DNA from: an uncultured Gammaproteobacteria bacterium
GTDB taxonomy: Bacteria; Pseudomonadota; Gammaproteobacteria; Steroidobacterales; Steroidobacteraceae
Direction: 5' to 3'
DNA length: 64,000 bases
Assembly: GCA_963731105.1 (NCBI GenBank)
Contig: CAVSUM010000020.1
Location: forward strand, 2,943 to 66,942
The notes below the pieces were generated by a model that worked only from the letters and a program-made list of their open reading frames with translations, had not been told where the DNA came from and did not search any database. Position 1 is the first letter of the stretch; each line of letters begins with the position of its first letter. This document shows positions 9,939 to 19,800 of the stretch, piece after piece. The translations under genes and the position numbers were made by a program.

Positions 9939-11258
9939 TCAGTTGCTGCCGCTACGATCCGCGGCCACTCGGCTGCGCGACCAGCCGACAGTCAACCACA
10001 GTCCGGCCGCCGTCGATGCCTGAGTGATCAGCACCGCGCCCGCTGAACCCCGGAGCCCGTACGCGGGAACGAGAATGGCCGACGCAGCGATGAGGATCGC
10101 GATCCCACCCAGCTGCACCGCCAGGCGCAGCCGCTGCCGCTCCGAGGTGAGGAGCACGGTGCAGCCAAGGGAGCAAAGCCCGATCAGCAGGGGCAGCGGA
10201 GCCAGCAGGACCGCGAGTTCAGCCGCCGCGGTGAACCTGGCTCCGAGGATCAGCGGCAGCACGCTGCCAAGCACGGCCATTCCGACCGCGGCTGCGATGC
10301 CCCAGGCTACTGCTGCGACGACCAGTTTGCCGGCGAGATGTCGCGCATCCGTCGAGTCCGGTTTTGCCGCAGCACGGGACAGCCGCGGAAGCGCGGCGCT
10401 CGACAATGTCACGATCGGCAGGGCCAGTGCCGCGGCCAGGCGGCTCGCCACGGCGTAGATGCCAGCCATTTCTCCGCCTCCCAGCCTGAGCATGAGAGTC
10501 TTGTCGAGGGTGTTAAGGGCGATGTCCGCCGAACGTACCACAGCCAGTTCGATGCCGCGGCGGACGTCGGCTGTGGGGCGCACGCCCGAGCCCGCGACCG
10601 GGCGCAGCAGCCTGCGCACTGCGAGCGTCATGATGGCAGCCGCTGCCACCGATGCTGCGGCATGAAACAGGACGTAGGTCTCCAGCTGTGCATTCGGAAC
10701 CAGGATGCGACAGGACAACGCCGCCACAAGGCTGGCCACAGGGAGCAATGCGTAGACGGCGTGGCCCCAGCCCATCCTCTCGTGTGATTGCAGGGCATAA
10801 CTGCAGAGCACCGCAACCGGGAAGCAGATGACCTCCGAGACCCCGACGGCCAGCAGGACCGTGAATGCAGTTCGCTGGCCCATGGCGTGTGGCGCGACCG
10901 TCGCGAACACAATCGTCAGTACCGCTCCGCTCAGCAGTGTCGCGCGCATCGCCCGGGTCCATGACGCGCTGAATATTCGCGGTTGGCGCGGCACGTCAAG
11001 GAGCATGACGAGCCCGAGTCCGAACCCGCTAAGGGTGCCGATGGCGGTCGCCAGTCCCATGGCTCCGGCGAGCTGCCCGTAGCCTTCCGGACCGAGCAAG
11101 CGCGCCACGACAGCCACCCACAACAGGTAGCTGCCGGCGCGGAGAACCTGCCAGGCTGTTCCGAGCGTGACGCCCCTCGACAGTGACGGCGTACGTGACG
11201 AAGTTTGATCTGCGTCCACCAGAGGTGACGACCTCGAATCGGGATCGGATGCACTCAT
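9939..11258 (-). CDS. polysaccharide flippase, MOP superfamily (Wzx-like)
   Basis: ORF 9939..11258 (439 aa). About 12 hydrophobic helices across the whole length, located directly downstream of the priming transferase. Confidence 0.7.
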   Translation of the reverse strand: MSASDPDSRSSPLVDADQTSSRTPSLSRGVTLGTAWQVLRAGSYLLWVAVVARLLGPEGYGQLAGAMGLATAIGTLSGFGLGLVMLLDVPRQPRIFSASWTRAMRATLLSGAVLTIVFATVAPHAMGQRTAFTVLLAVGVSEVICFPVAVLCSYALQSHERMGWGHAVYALLPVASLVAALSCRILVPNAQLETYVLFHAAASVAAAAIMTLAVRRLLRPVAGSGVRPTADVRRGIELAVVRSADIALNTLDKTLMLRLGGGEMAGIYAVASRLAAALALPIVTLSSAALPRLSRAAAKPDSTDARHLAGKLVVAAVAWGIAAAVGMAVLGSVLPLILGARFTAAAELAVLLAPLPLLIGLCSLGCTVLLTSERQRLRLAVQLGGIAILIAASAILVPAYGLRGSAGAVLITQASTAAGLWLTVGWSRSRVAADRSGSN

Positions 11259-11270
11259 GCAGACGATTGC

Positions 11271-12839
11271 CTACTTGGCGCCGCGCCCAAGCATGACCGC
11301 CGGTATTGTTCTCAGCAGCAGCTGGAGATCCAGCAGCAGCGACCAGTCGTCAACGTAGGCCAAGTCCAGTTGCATCCACTCCTCGAACGAGAGATCGCTG
11401 CGGCCACTGACCTGCCACAGTCCAGTGATTCCTGGCTTCATCGACAGCCGGCGACGCTGCGGGCCGACGATACGCTGCTGCTCCTCGATCGGCAGGGGCC
11501 GCGGACCCACGAGACTCATTCGGCCGATGAGTACGTTGAACAACTGGGGCAGTTCGTCGATGCTGGTGCGTCTCAGCAGTTTGCCAAACGGTGTAACTCT
11601 CGGATCTGACTGGATCTTGAAGGCCGGGCCGTCGACCTCGTTCATTGCCGCGAGACCGGCCTTGCGTTCCTCCGCGTCCCGCACCATGGTCCGGAACTTG
11701 TACATGGTGAACGCCCTGCCGTTGTACCCGGTTCGCAGCTGGCAGAACAGGATCGGTCGGCCCATTGTGGTCCAGACACCCAGGGTAACCAACAGCAGCA
11801 ATGGCGACAGCATGATGAGGCCGGCGCTCGCTGCCGCGATATCGAGCAGCCGCTTCGCGATCAGCGCATCGGCTGACCGACGTCGCTTGTCGAACTTGAG
11901 TGCCGGCAGGCCGATTTCGTCGACGATTCGCACTTCGCGCCGGGTGTCGTGATCCACCCGCAGGTGGCACTGAAGCGGAACGCCGACCTCATCGCAGGCC
12001 TCAAGCAGCGCATCGATGTCCAGCACGACGTCCCGACTGCAGGATACGAGCACCACGTCTACTGCACTTTCGTGCAGGACTTGCCTCAGGTCTCCGGTTG
12101 AGCCGAGTACTGCCAGCCCCCAGTCGCGCGGGTCATCGCGGGCGTCCGGATGGGCAACGCAACCGATCAGCATCGGCGGAAACGACTGATCGCCGATCTG
12201 CTGCGCCACTTTCGTTACGGCCGCGCGGGAATCAGCTACCAGCAGCACGCGCAACTGGCTGTGACCTTGGGCATATTGATGCCTGATCCACGTGTGAAGG
12301 ACCAGTCGGTTCGCGAACATAAAGACGAACGTCATGGCAACGAAGAGCCCGACGACGCTGCGGTTGAGGGGAATCTGCGTCAGGTAGATGAGGAGGGCGA
12401 GCCCGAGAAGGCCGAAGACGTGCAGCCGCAGCAGTGCATTCAGCAAAGACGACGCTCGTCGCGGTCTCTCAAGCTGCCGGTAAAGACCCAGTACGGCGGC
12501 GAGCGACAGCCAGAGCGGGAGTGCGACGTAGCCGATCAGGATGTAGGCCTCGAGCGCCGGTGGCGACCTGAACCCCGCGTAGTGAGTTCGCAGCAGCGAA
12601 TGGACACCCATCGCGGCCACCATGGCCACGAAGATCGATACTGCGTCGAGCAGTACTAGGAAGCGGCGCAGTGCGGAGCGATGTGAATTCACGTAGTCGA
12701 CGAGGCCTTCAATGAGGCACCCTGCGGCGGGCACCGTACAATTCTGCGAGCCGCAGCCGATTTGACAAGATCTGGCGGTCTCAGCGACCTTAAAACCGTT
12801 AACTGGTTCGGCTTCGGTCCAGGGGGACATGGGCAGCAT
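11271..12839 (-). CDS. polyprenyl-phosphate glycosyl-1-phosphate transferase (WbaP/bacterial sugar transferase family)
   Basis: The C-terminal domain of ORF 11271..12926 reads RPILFCQLRTGYNGRAFTMYKFRTM...DELPQLFNVLIGRMSLVGPRP, the hallmark of bacterial sugar transferases. N-terminal TM helices are present. Start set at ATG 12839 (GAGG 4 nt upstream); GTG 12692 is an alternative. Confidence 0.85.
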   Translation of the reverse strand: MLPMSPWTEAEPVNGFKVAETARSCQIGCGSQNCTVPAAGCLIEGLVDYVNSHRSALRRFLVLLDAVSIFVAMVAAMGVHSLLRTHYAGFRSPPALEAYILIGYVALPLWLSLAAVLGLYRQLERPRRASSLLNALLRLHVFGLLGLALLIYLTQIPLNRSVVGLFVAMTFVFMFANRLVLHTWIRHQYAQGHSQLRVLLVADSRAAVTKVAQQIGDQSFPPMLIGCVAHPDARDDPRDWGLAVLGSTGDLRQVLHESAVDVVLVSCSRDVVLDIDALLEACDEVGVPLQCHLRVDHDTRREVRIVDEIGLPALKFDKRRRSADALIAKRLLDIAAASAGLIMLSPLLLLVTLGVWTTMGRPILFCQLRTGYNGRAFTMYKFRTMVRDAEERKAGLAAMNEVDGPAFKIQSDPRVTPFGKLLRRTSIDELPQLFNVLIGRMSLVGPRPLPIEEQQRIVGPQRRRLSMKPGITGLWQVSGRSDLSFEEWMQLDLAYVDDWSLLLDLQLLLRTIPAVMLGRGAK

Positions 12840-12910
12840 GGCAGCCTCAGTTGGCAGATGCTTTCTATCGCTTCCGTTCGTCGACACGTACCCACAGGCA
12901 GGCAAGAGCA

Positions 12911-13372
12911 ATGAGACCACTCGCACGGTGCGACATCCTCGCGATCAGTTCGTCGGGTGGCCATTGGGTGGAACTCACCCGCCTGTTCGACGCATTCAAG
13001 GGGTTCGAAGTCCAGTACGCGTGCACCGATCCGGGACGGTCTTCGGACGTGCCTGACGGGCGTTTTCACGTCATTCCAGACGCGAACAAGCAGACTCCGG
13101 GTAAACTGCTCTTGTGCGCTTTTCAGGTGGCGCGCCTCGTGCTTCGGTTACGGCCGCGTGTAGTCGTGACAACTGGAGCGGCGCCTGGTCTGCTGGCGCT
13201 CGTCTTCGGGAGACTTGCTGGCGCGAGAGGGGTCTGGATCGACATCTTTGGACTGGTCAACAGGATGACCCTCTCGGGTCGCTTGGCGCGGCCTTTCGCA
13301 GATGTTCGCCTGGTCCAGTGGCCACACTTGGCGAGAGCCGATGGTCCGCACTACCGGGGGTCGCTCTTGTGA
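12911..13372 (+). CDS. Alg14-like glycosyltransferase subunit (membrane-anchoring half of a split GT28-type enzyme)
   Basis: ORF 12851..13372 trimmed to ATG 12911. ILAISSSGGHWVEL and VVTTGAAPG resemble Alg14/PssD/Cps14F-type proteins. Always paired with the next gene. Confidence 0.65.
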   Translation: MRPLARCDILAISSSGGHWVELTRLFDAFKGFEVQYACTDPGRSSDVPDGRFHVIPDANKQTPGKLLLCAFQVARLVLRLRPRVVVTTGAAPGLLALVFGRLAGARGVWIDIFGLVNRMTLSGRLARPFADVRLVQWPHLARADGPHYRGSLL

Positions 13373-13863
13373 TCTTCGTCACGGTCGGCACGCAACTGCC
13401 GTTCGACAGATTCGTAGCTGCGGTTGACCAGTGGGCCGGTAGCAGGTCTCCGAGACCCGATGTGCTCGCCCAGGTGGGCTCCGGAAATGCGGAATTTGCC
13501 AGCCTGCGGTGTGTGCGGTCGCTGGATGGCAGGGCTTACGAGCAGGCTATTGGTGCGGCACGGTTGGTCATAGCGCACGCCGGCACTGGGTCGATCCTGA
13601 CGGCACTGGACAAGGGAATCCCGGTCATCGTCGTACCTCGGGACGAGAAGCGCGGAGAACATCGGGATGACCACCAGAAGCAGACGGCACGGCAACTCGA
13701 GAAATTGGGGCTGGTGACCGTTGCATGGGATGTTGCAGATCTGCCCGCCCTCATCGAGGAGGCGCTGGTTGCGGCAGCAATACGCCGGCCCGCGCCTCGC
13801 CAACGGAGCACGGAGCTGGTGGATTACGTCCGTTCATACCTGCAGGACGTCATCCGGGGCTAG
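13369..13863 (+). CDS. Alg13-like glycosyltransferase family 28 C-terminal domain protein (catalytic half)
   Basis: In the frame of ORF 13114..13863. The GTG at 13369 overlaps the upstream TGA (GTGA). VIFVTVGTQLPFDRF...AHAGTGSIL is typical of Alg13/PssE/Cps14G proteins. Confidence 0.7.
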   Translation: MIFVTVGTQLPFDRFVAAVDQWAGSRSPRPDVLAQVGSGNAEFASLRCVRSLDGRAYEQAIGAARLVIAHAGTGSILTALDKGIPVIVVPRDEKRGEHRDDHQKQTARQLEKLGLVTVAWDVADLPALIEEALVAAAIRRPAPRQRSTELVDYVRSYLQDVIRG

Positions 13864-13880
13864 CTGCATATCGGGTGGCG

Positions 13881-14570
13881 TTAGCGCCGGGCAAGGTACA
13901 GCAGATTGACGGTACGCGGGCTCATGCGAGCGATGAGCCGCGTGGCCGCGATAGACATGCCACGGTCAAGAATCGCCTGTTCGTAGTCGTTCCTGTTGCG
14001 GTAGCGGGCCACGTAGCCGCTGCGGTACGCGCGAACGATCTCCCGACCGTCGGCAACAGTGTCCACTAGCAGCAGATGCCCGCCCGGGCGGGTCAGGTTC
14101 CGGCACTTCGCCACGGCTTCCAGGTAGGTCTCCTCATGCAACAGGCAGGAGAACACGCCCATGCAGGCAACCAGGTCGTACTGATCTGATTCTGGAACAT
14201 CGTCAAGGCCCGCGATCTCGAATCGAACCTTGCTGGCCAAGGCCTCTGGCAGGCTCCGGCGCGCGTTGGTGATGAGGGAGGGCGAGATGTCATAGCCGAC
14301 CGTCGATCGAGCGTGCCGGGCCAGCATGCGTGTGAATTGACCGTCACCGCACCCGATATCTGCCGCCGAGCCGATTTCGCCCAGCGAGTCGAGTACGGAG
14401 CCAAGCACCTCCGTTCGCCGCTCGTAGTACTCCGGGGACGCCAGAAACGTGTAGCTGGAGTTGCGCCAAAAGCCCTCCGAGACTGCCTGCAGATCGTCGA
14501 AGCGCCGCGTGCCTGCGAGGAACAGGTTACGCAGTACGGTCGAAATCGATCGTCGCGCCGGTCTGCTCAC
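13881..14570 (-). CDS. class I SAM-dependent methyltransferase
   Basis: ORF 13881..14570. Motif I DIGCGDGQFT. The GTG start overlaps the pilR stop codon (GTGA). Confidence 0.7.
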   Translation of the reverse strand: MSRPARRSISTVLRNLFLAGTRRFDDLQAVSEGFWRNSSYTFLASPEYYERRTEVLGSVLDSLGEIGSAADIGCGDGQFTRMLARHARSTVGYDISPSLITNARRSLPEALASKVRFEIAGLDDVPESDQYDLVACMGVFSCLLHEETYLEAVAKCRNLTRPGGHLLLVDTVADGREIVRAYRSGYVARYRNRNDYEQAILDRGMSIAATRLIARMSPRTVNLLYLARR

Positions 14571-15911
14571 TCAATCCCCAGCTTCTTCACCCTGTACCTC
14601 AACTGCCTGAACGTCATCCCCAGCAGCTGCCGCCGCCTTGGTCTTGTTGTATCTGCGTCTGCTCCAGCGCCCGGACGATGGCCTCCCGCTCGATCGACTC
14701 GAGCTGCCCCTCCAGCCCGGCGGCCTCGGCCGTCTCCTCCACCGGCGGCAACTCCACCGCCGCCGTCCCCAGCTTGAGCTGGATATCCCCCGGCTCCACC
14801 CGCCCGTCCGAGCACAGCGTCACCGCCCGCTCCAGGATGTTCTCCAGCTCGCGGACGTTGCCCGGGTAGGCGTACGTCAGCAGCTTCTCCATCGCCTCGT
14901 CGCTGACCTCCGGCCGTCGGCACGCCGATCTGGCGCGACACCCGATCGAGCAGCATGTCCACCATCTGCGGCACGTCGTCCAGCCGCTCGCGCAACGCCG
15001 GCACGTGCAGCTCGATCACGTTGATGCGGTAATAGAGGTCTTCGCGAAAGCGGCCGGTCTTCACCAGCTCCTCGAGCTTGCGGTGCGTGGCCGACAGGAT
15101 GCGCACGTCCACCGGCACCTCGCGCGTCTCGCCGACGGGCCGCACGGCCTTCTCCTGGATCACGCGCAGCAGCTTCACCTGCATGTGCAGCGGCAGGTCG
15201 GCCACCTCGTCGAGGAACAGCGTGCCGCCTTCGGCGCTGCGGATCAGGCCTTCCTTGTCGGCCACGGCGCCGGTGAAGCTGCCCTTCTTGTGGCCGAACA
15301 GCTCGCTCTCCATCAGCTCGGTCGGGATCGCGCCGCAATTGACCGGCACGAACGGCCCGTCGGCACGGGGCCCGGACTCGTGGATCAGCCGCGCCACCAG
15401 TTCCTTGCCGGTACCCGAGTCGCCCGAGACATGCACCGGCGCCTGCGAGCGGGCCACCCGGGCAATCAGCTGCCGCAGCTGCTGCATCGGCTATCGAGTC
15501 GCCGAGCAGCCGCAGGGTTGCACGGCGGCCGGTCGCCTCGATGGATTCGCCGAGCTTGAGCGTGGCGGTGATCAGCTTGCGCAGCGCCGCCAGGTCGAGC
15601 GGCTTCGAGATGAAGTCGAACGCGCCGAGCTTGAGCGCCCGCACCGCCGCTTCGACGTTGCCGTGGGCCGTGATCACCGCCACCGGCACGCCGGGGCGGT
15701 GGTCCTGGATCCACGCGACGAGGTCGAGCCCGTCGCCGTCGGGCAATCGCATGTCGGTGAGCACGAGGTCGTAGCGCCGCCCGCCGAGCTGTCGCACCCC
15801 GCTCGCGTAGTCCGCGGCAGTGTCCACCTCGAGCTGCATGCGCCCGAGCGTGATCGCCAGCAGTTCGCGGATGTCGGGCTCGTCGTCGATGACCAGGGCG
15901 CGGGGGGGCAT
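14567..15911 (-). pseudogene. pilR: sigma-54-dependent response regulator PilR (NtrC family), about four frame breaks as assembled
   Basis: The pieces collinear with Pseudomonas PilR are:
- Receiver: MPPRALVIDDEPDIRELL...DMRLPDGDGLDL, ORF 14877..15911.
- AAA+ domain: SGDSGTGKELVARLIH...GAFTGA-type motif...GGTLFLDEV, ORF 14567..15487.
- YPGNVRELENILERA, ORF 14614..14892.
- HTH tail LLGMTFRQLRYRVKKLGIE.
The frame changes near 15492, 14912, 14655 and 14628. Total length of 1345 nt is consistent with net +1. Confidence 0.85.
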
Positions 15912-15935
15912 GGTGGGCTCAGGCGGGCACGAAGT

Positions 15936-16127
15936 TCACGAACGCCCTTCCTCGATCAGCGCCTCGACGTCGATCGCGCCGGCCGGAATCGGGTGCTCGC
16001 GCATGAACGCTTGGAACCGGTCGATGGCGGCTCCTGCATCCGAGGTACGCTTGGCGTCGCTCGGCGCCGGGTCGGGCATGATGTAGTCAGCGCCGACCTC
16101 CCTATCCTTGATCTGTTCTGCATTCAT
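15936..16127 (-). CDS. hypothetical small protein (63 aa)
   Basis: ORF 15936..16127, between a degraded toxin remnant and pilR. I recognise no family, and it may be a leftover of a rearranged TA module. Confidence 0.25.
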   Translation of the reverse strand: MNAEQIKDREVGADYIMPDPAPSDAKRTSDAGAAIDRFQAFMREHPIPAGAIDVEALIEEGRS

Positions 16128-16229
16128 CGAGTCAGCCTATAGCCTAGTCGCCACCGCGACAAGGCGGGGCGGCGCACACCCATTGGCGCTGCCTCAATCG
16201 TGCAGGCGGCATATCTTGCCGGACTTCAT
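16128..16229 (-). pseudogene. possible PemK/MazF-like toxin remnant (tentative)
   Basis: An ATG overlapping the antitoxin stop (ATGA) opens MKSGKICRLHD* and stops after 11 codons. The +1 frame continues ...IEAAPMGVRRPALS..., weakly recalling the MazF N-terminal GxRPALV segment. Only ~100 nt remain before the next ORF. Confidence 0.3.
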
Positions 16230-16471
16230 CGGTTGGCGTGACGCTTCAAAGTGCGGGACTGCATCACGGCCAGGCCCGAGTCGAGGCCGGAATTGTTTTC
16301 CGGAACCCCATACACCGCATTGAGCTGTTCGGTGACGGCTGACTGACCGTGGCGTGCCAGTAGATCCCTTAGCGCTCGGCAGTACAGTTCGCTGCGTGTG
16401 AGCCCCAGGCGGTTGGCAAGTCGTTCTGCCGATCGGAACAGCGGGACCGGCAACGAGATGGCGGTTTTCAT
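16226..16471 (-). CDS. ribbon-helix-helix (CopG/MazE-ChpI-type) antitoxin
   Basis: ORF 16226..16471. MKTAISLPVPLFRSAERLANRLGLTRSELYCRALRDLL is the classic RHH antitoxin N-terminus. No intact toxin follows. Confidence 0.75.
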   Translation of the reverse strand: MKTAISLPVPLFRSAERLANRLGLTRSELYCRALRDLLARHGQSAVTEQLNAVYGVPENNSGLDSGLAVMQSRTLKRHANR

Positions 16472-16475
16472 AGTG

Positions 16476-16874
16476 CTATTTCCCGTTCCGGGCGCTGGCC
16501 TTCAGCTCTTCGCGCACCACGCGTCGCAGCGTCTCCTCGAGAGGCTCCTTGGCGCGCACGATGTGCTGCCGCAGCGCGTCATTGATCCTCGTCTGGTAGT
16601 TACCACCGCCGGCAGCTTCCACCTCGGATTTGAACCACTCGAGCACTTCATCGTCGAGGCGGATCGTAATTCGCGTCTTGCCGGGTGGTATCGGCTTGAT
16701 TGGACCCCGGATTCCCTTCGAGAAATCGTAGTACTTGCGCATCAACGCTCCTGATACCGACGCCGTTCGAACGGGGTCGCCGAGCGCGGTCGCGGCATCG
16801 GAGAAGCGGACGCCATGCTTACGAAAATTCGCGGCAGCCTTGGCGGGGTCCCATTCGTAGCCATCCGCGGCCAT
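16476..16874 (-). CDS. BrnT (DUF497) N-terminal remnant fused in frame to a BrnA-like antitoxin
   Basis: ORF 16476..16874. Residues 1-35 (MAADGYEWDPAKAAANFRKHGVRFSDAATALGDP) match the BrnT toxin N-terminus; the rest of the toxin is missing. From Met45 (ATG 16742) the sequence MRKYYDFSKGIRGP...KTRITIRLDDEVLEWFKSE...GGGNYQTRINDALRQH is BrnA-like. Confidence 0.7.
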   Translation of the reverse strand: MAADGYEWDPAKAAANFRKHGVRFSDAATALGDPVRTASVSGALMRKYYDFSKGIRGPIKPIPPGKTRITIRLDDEVLEWFKSEVEAAGGGNYQTRINDALRQHIVRAKEPLEETLRRVVREELKASARNGK

Positions 16875-19800
16875 GATATGTACAGCTGTGCACTGAGGTC
16901 AACCGGACGCACAGCTTGTTGCCGATGCTCCCAGAGGCCACGTCGAGAAATTGCCACGAATGAGCGGGAATGCGTTTGGCTGCCTGGCGCCTCACCCCGC
17001 CTGCCACCGCTGCGGATCCGCAAAGATGATCCTGAACGTGCTCCCGCCCTCCGGCCGCGCCTCGTACGCGAGCAGCGCGCCGTTCGTCTGGCACAGCTCG
17101 CGGGCGATGAACAAGCCGAGCCCGGTTCCACCGGCGCCGTTGGTGAAGAACGGCTCGAAGATGCGCTCGGCATTGGCAGGATCGATGCCGGCGCCGCGGT
17201 CGGTCACCTCGAGGAACGGCCGGTCGGTCGCGGCGATGCGGCCGACTCGCAACCGCACGGGCACGGGCCCGCCGCCGGCACCATGCTTCAGCGCGTTGTC
17301 GCACAGGTTCCACAGCACCTGGTGCAGGTGCGAGGGATCGAACTGCACCTCCAGTCCCGGCACCGCCGCCTCGAGCCCGATGCGGTCGTCCTCCAACTGC
17401 AGCGTCGCGCGGAACTCGACGAGGAACGCCTCGAGCCACAACGACAGCTCAACGCGCTCCTGGCGCGTGGTGTCCTTGCGCGACAGCTGCAGCACGTTGT
17501 CGATGATCTGGCTCACCCGCACCGCGTTCTTCTCGATGATGTCGGTGAGGTGGCGGTCGTCGTCACCGAGGACCGGCGACTCCCGCAGCAGCTGCCCCGC
17601 GTGGCTCATGGCGCCGACGGGATTGCGGATCTCGTGCGCAATGCTGGCGCTCAACCGGCCGAGCGAGGCGAGCTTCGACTGCTGCACTTGTTGCGCCACG
17701 ACGCTGGTGTCCTCGAGGAACACCAGCACCGAGCCGGGACCACGCTCCGTCAGCGACACGAAGTACGGCCTGATCACGGTGCCGCCGTCCGCCGACACGA
17801 CCTCTCCCGTGGTGTCGCGCCGGTCATGGTCCCGTCGCCGCCAGGCGTCGAGCAGGTAGAGCATTCGCGGCGACACCTCGCCCAGCAGGGATCCGCTCGG
17901 CACCTCCCGGCCCGCGAGCATGCGTGCCGCCTTGTCGTTGATCAGCCGGATGCGGTCGTCCTCCTCGACCACGAGGATGCTCTCGCGCAGGTGCTGCACG
18001 ATGAAGCGGTTCAGCTCGTTGAGGTTGGCGAGGTCGAGGTCGCGCTGCTGCACCAGCGCCTCGCTCTCGCGCAGCCGGTTGGCGAGCGGGATGGCGAGCA
18101 GCGTGATCGCGAAGAGACTCGCGCCGGTCAGGCCGGCGGCCAGGAAATCGGAGCCCGATGCGACGCCGGTCAGGATCGAGACCAGGGTCTCGAGCAGCAG
18201 CCCGATCGAAATCACCGCCGTCGCCAGCAGCGCCAGCCGCGGTCGGACGATGGCGGCGATCGCGCCCACGGGCAGGAACAGCAGCGTGGCGAGGCCGCTG
18301 CTGACGCCGCCGCTCGCGTGCACCAGCAGCGTGATAGCGACGCCGTCCACGGCAAGCGGGAACAGCTTGACCAGATTTCGCGGCAGCCTTGGCGGGGTCC
18401 CATTCGTAGCCATCCGCGGCCATGATATGTACAGCTGTGCACTGAAGTCAACCGGACGCACAGCTTGTTGCCGATGCTCCCAGAGGCCACGTCGAGAAAT
18501 TGCCACGAATGAGCGGGAATGCGTTTGGCTGCCTGGCGCGTCACCCCGCCTGCCACCGCTGCGGATCCGCAAAGATGATCCTGAACGTGCTCCCGCCCTC
18601 CGGCCGCGCCTCGTACGCGAGCAGCGCGCCGTTCGTCTGGCACAGCTCGCGGGCGATGAACAAGCCGAGCCCGGTTCCACCGGCGCCGTTGGTGAAGAAC
18701 GGCTCGAAGATGCGCTCGGCATTGGCAGGATCGATGCCGGCGCCGCGGTCGGTCACCTCGAGGAACGGCCGGTCGGTCGCGGCGATGCGGCCGACTCGCA
18801 ACCGCACGGGCACGGGCCCGCCGCCGGCACCATGCTTCAGCGCGTTGTCGCACAGGTTCCACAGCACCTGGTGCAGGTGCGAGGGATCGAACTGCACCTC
18901 CAGTCCCGGCACCGCCGCCTCGAGCCCGATGCGGTCGTCCTCCAACTGCAGCGTCGCGCGGAACTCGACGAGGAACGCCTCGAGCCACAACGACAGCTCA
19001 ACGCGCTCCTGGCGCGTGGTGTCCTTGCGCGACAGCTGCAGCACGTTGTCGATGATCTGGCTCACCCGCACCGCGTTCTTCTCGATGATGTCGGTGAGGT
19101 GGCGGTCGTCGTCACCGAGGACCGGCGATTCCTCGCAGCAGCTGCCCCGCGTGGCTCATGGCGCCGACGGGATTGCGGATCTCGTGCGCAATGCTGGCGC
19201 TCAACCGGCCGAGCGAGGCGAGCTTCGACTGCTGCACTTGTTGCGCCACGACGCTGGTGTCCTCGAGGAACACCAGCACCGAGCCGGGACCGCGCTCCGT
19301 CAGCGACACGAAGTACGGCCTGATCACGGTGCCGCCGTCCGCCGACACGACTTCTCCCGTGGTGTCGCGCCGGTCATGGTCCCGTCGCCGCCAGGCGTCG
19401 AGCAGGTAGAGCAATCGCGGCGACACCTCGCCCAGCAGGGATCCGCTCGGCACCTCGCGGCCCGCCAGCAGGCGTGCCGCCTTGTCGTTGATCAGCCGGA
19501 TGCGGTCGTCCTCCTCGACCACCAGGATGCTCTCGCGCAGGTGCTGCACGATGAAGCGGTTCAGTTCGTTGAGGTTGGCGAGGTCGAGGTCGCGCTGCTG
19601 CACCAGCGCCTCGCTTTCGCGCAGCCGGTTGGCGAGCGGGATGGCGAGCAGCGTGATCGCGAAGAGACTCGCGCCGGTCAGGCCGGCGGCCAGGAAATCG
19701 GAGCCCGATGACGACGCCGGTCAGGATCGAGACCAGGGTCTCGAGCAGCAGCCCGATCGAAATCACCGCCGTCGCCAGCAGCGCCAGCCGCGGCCGGACG

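Noticed and set aside
16815-19711. Several 300-540-aa plus-strand ORFs (16815..18425, 17920..19323, 18500..19711 and others)
   Set aside because: They are antisense to the duplicated pilS sequence and are themselves duplicated for that reason. They carry no motifs, whereas the minus strand carries clear HisKA/HATPase signatures.
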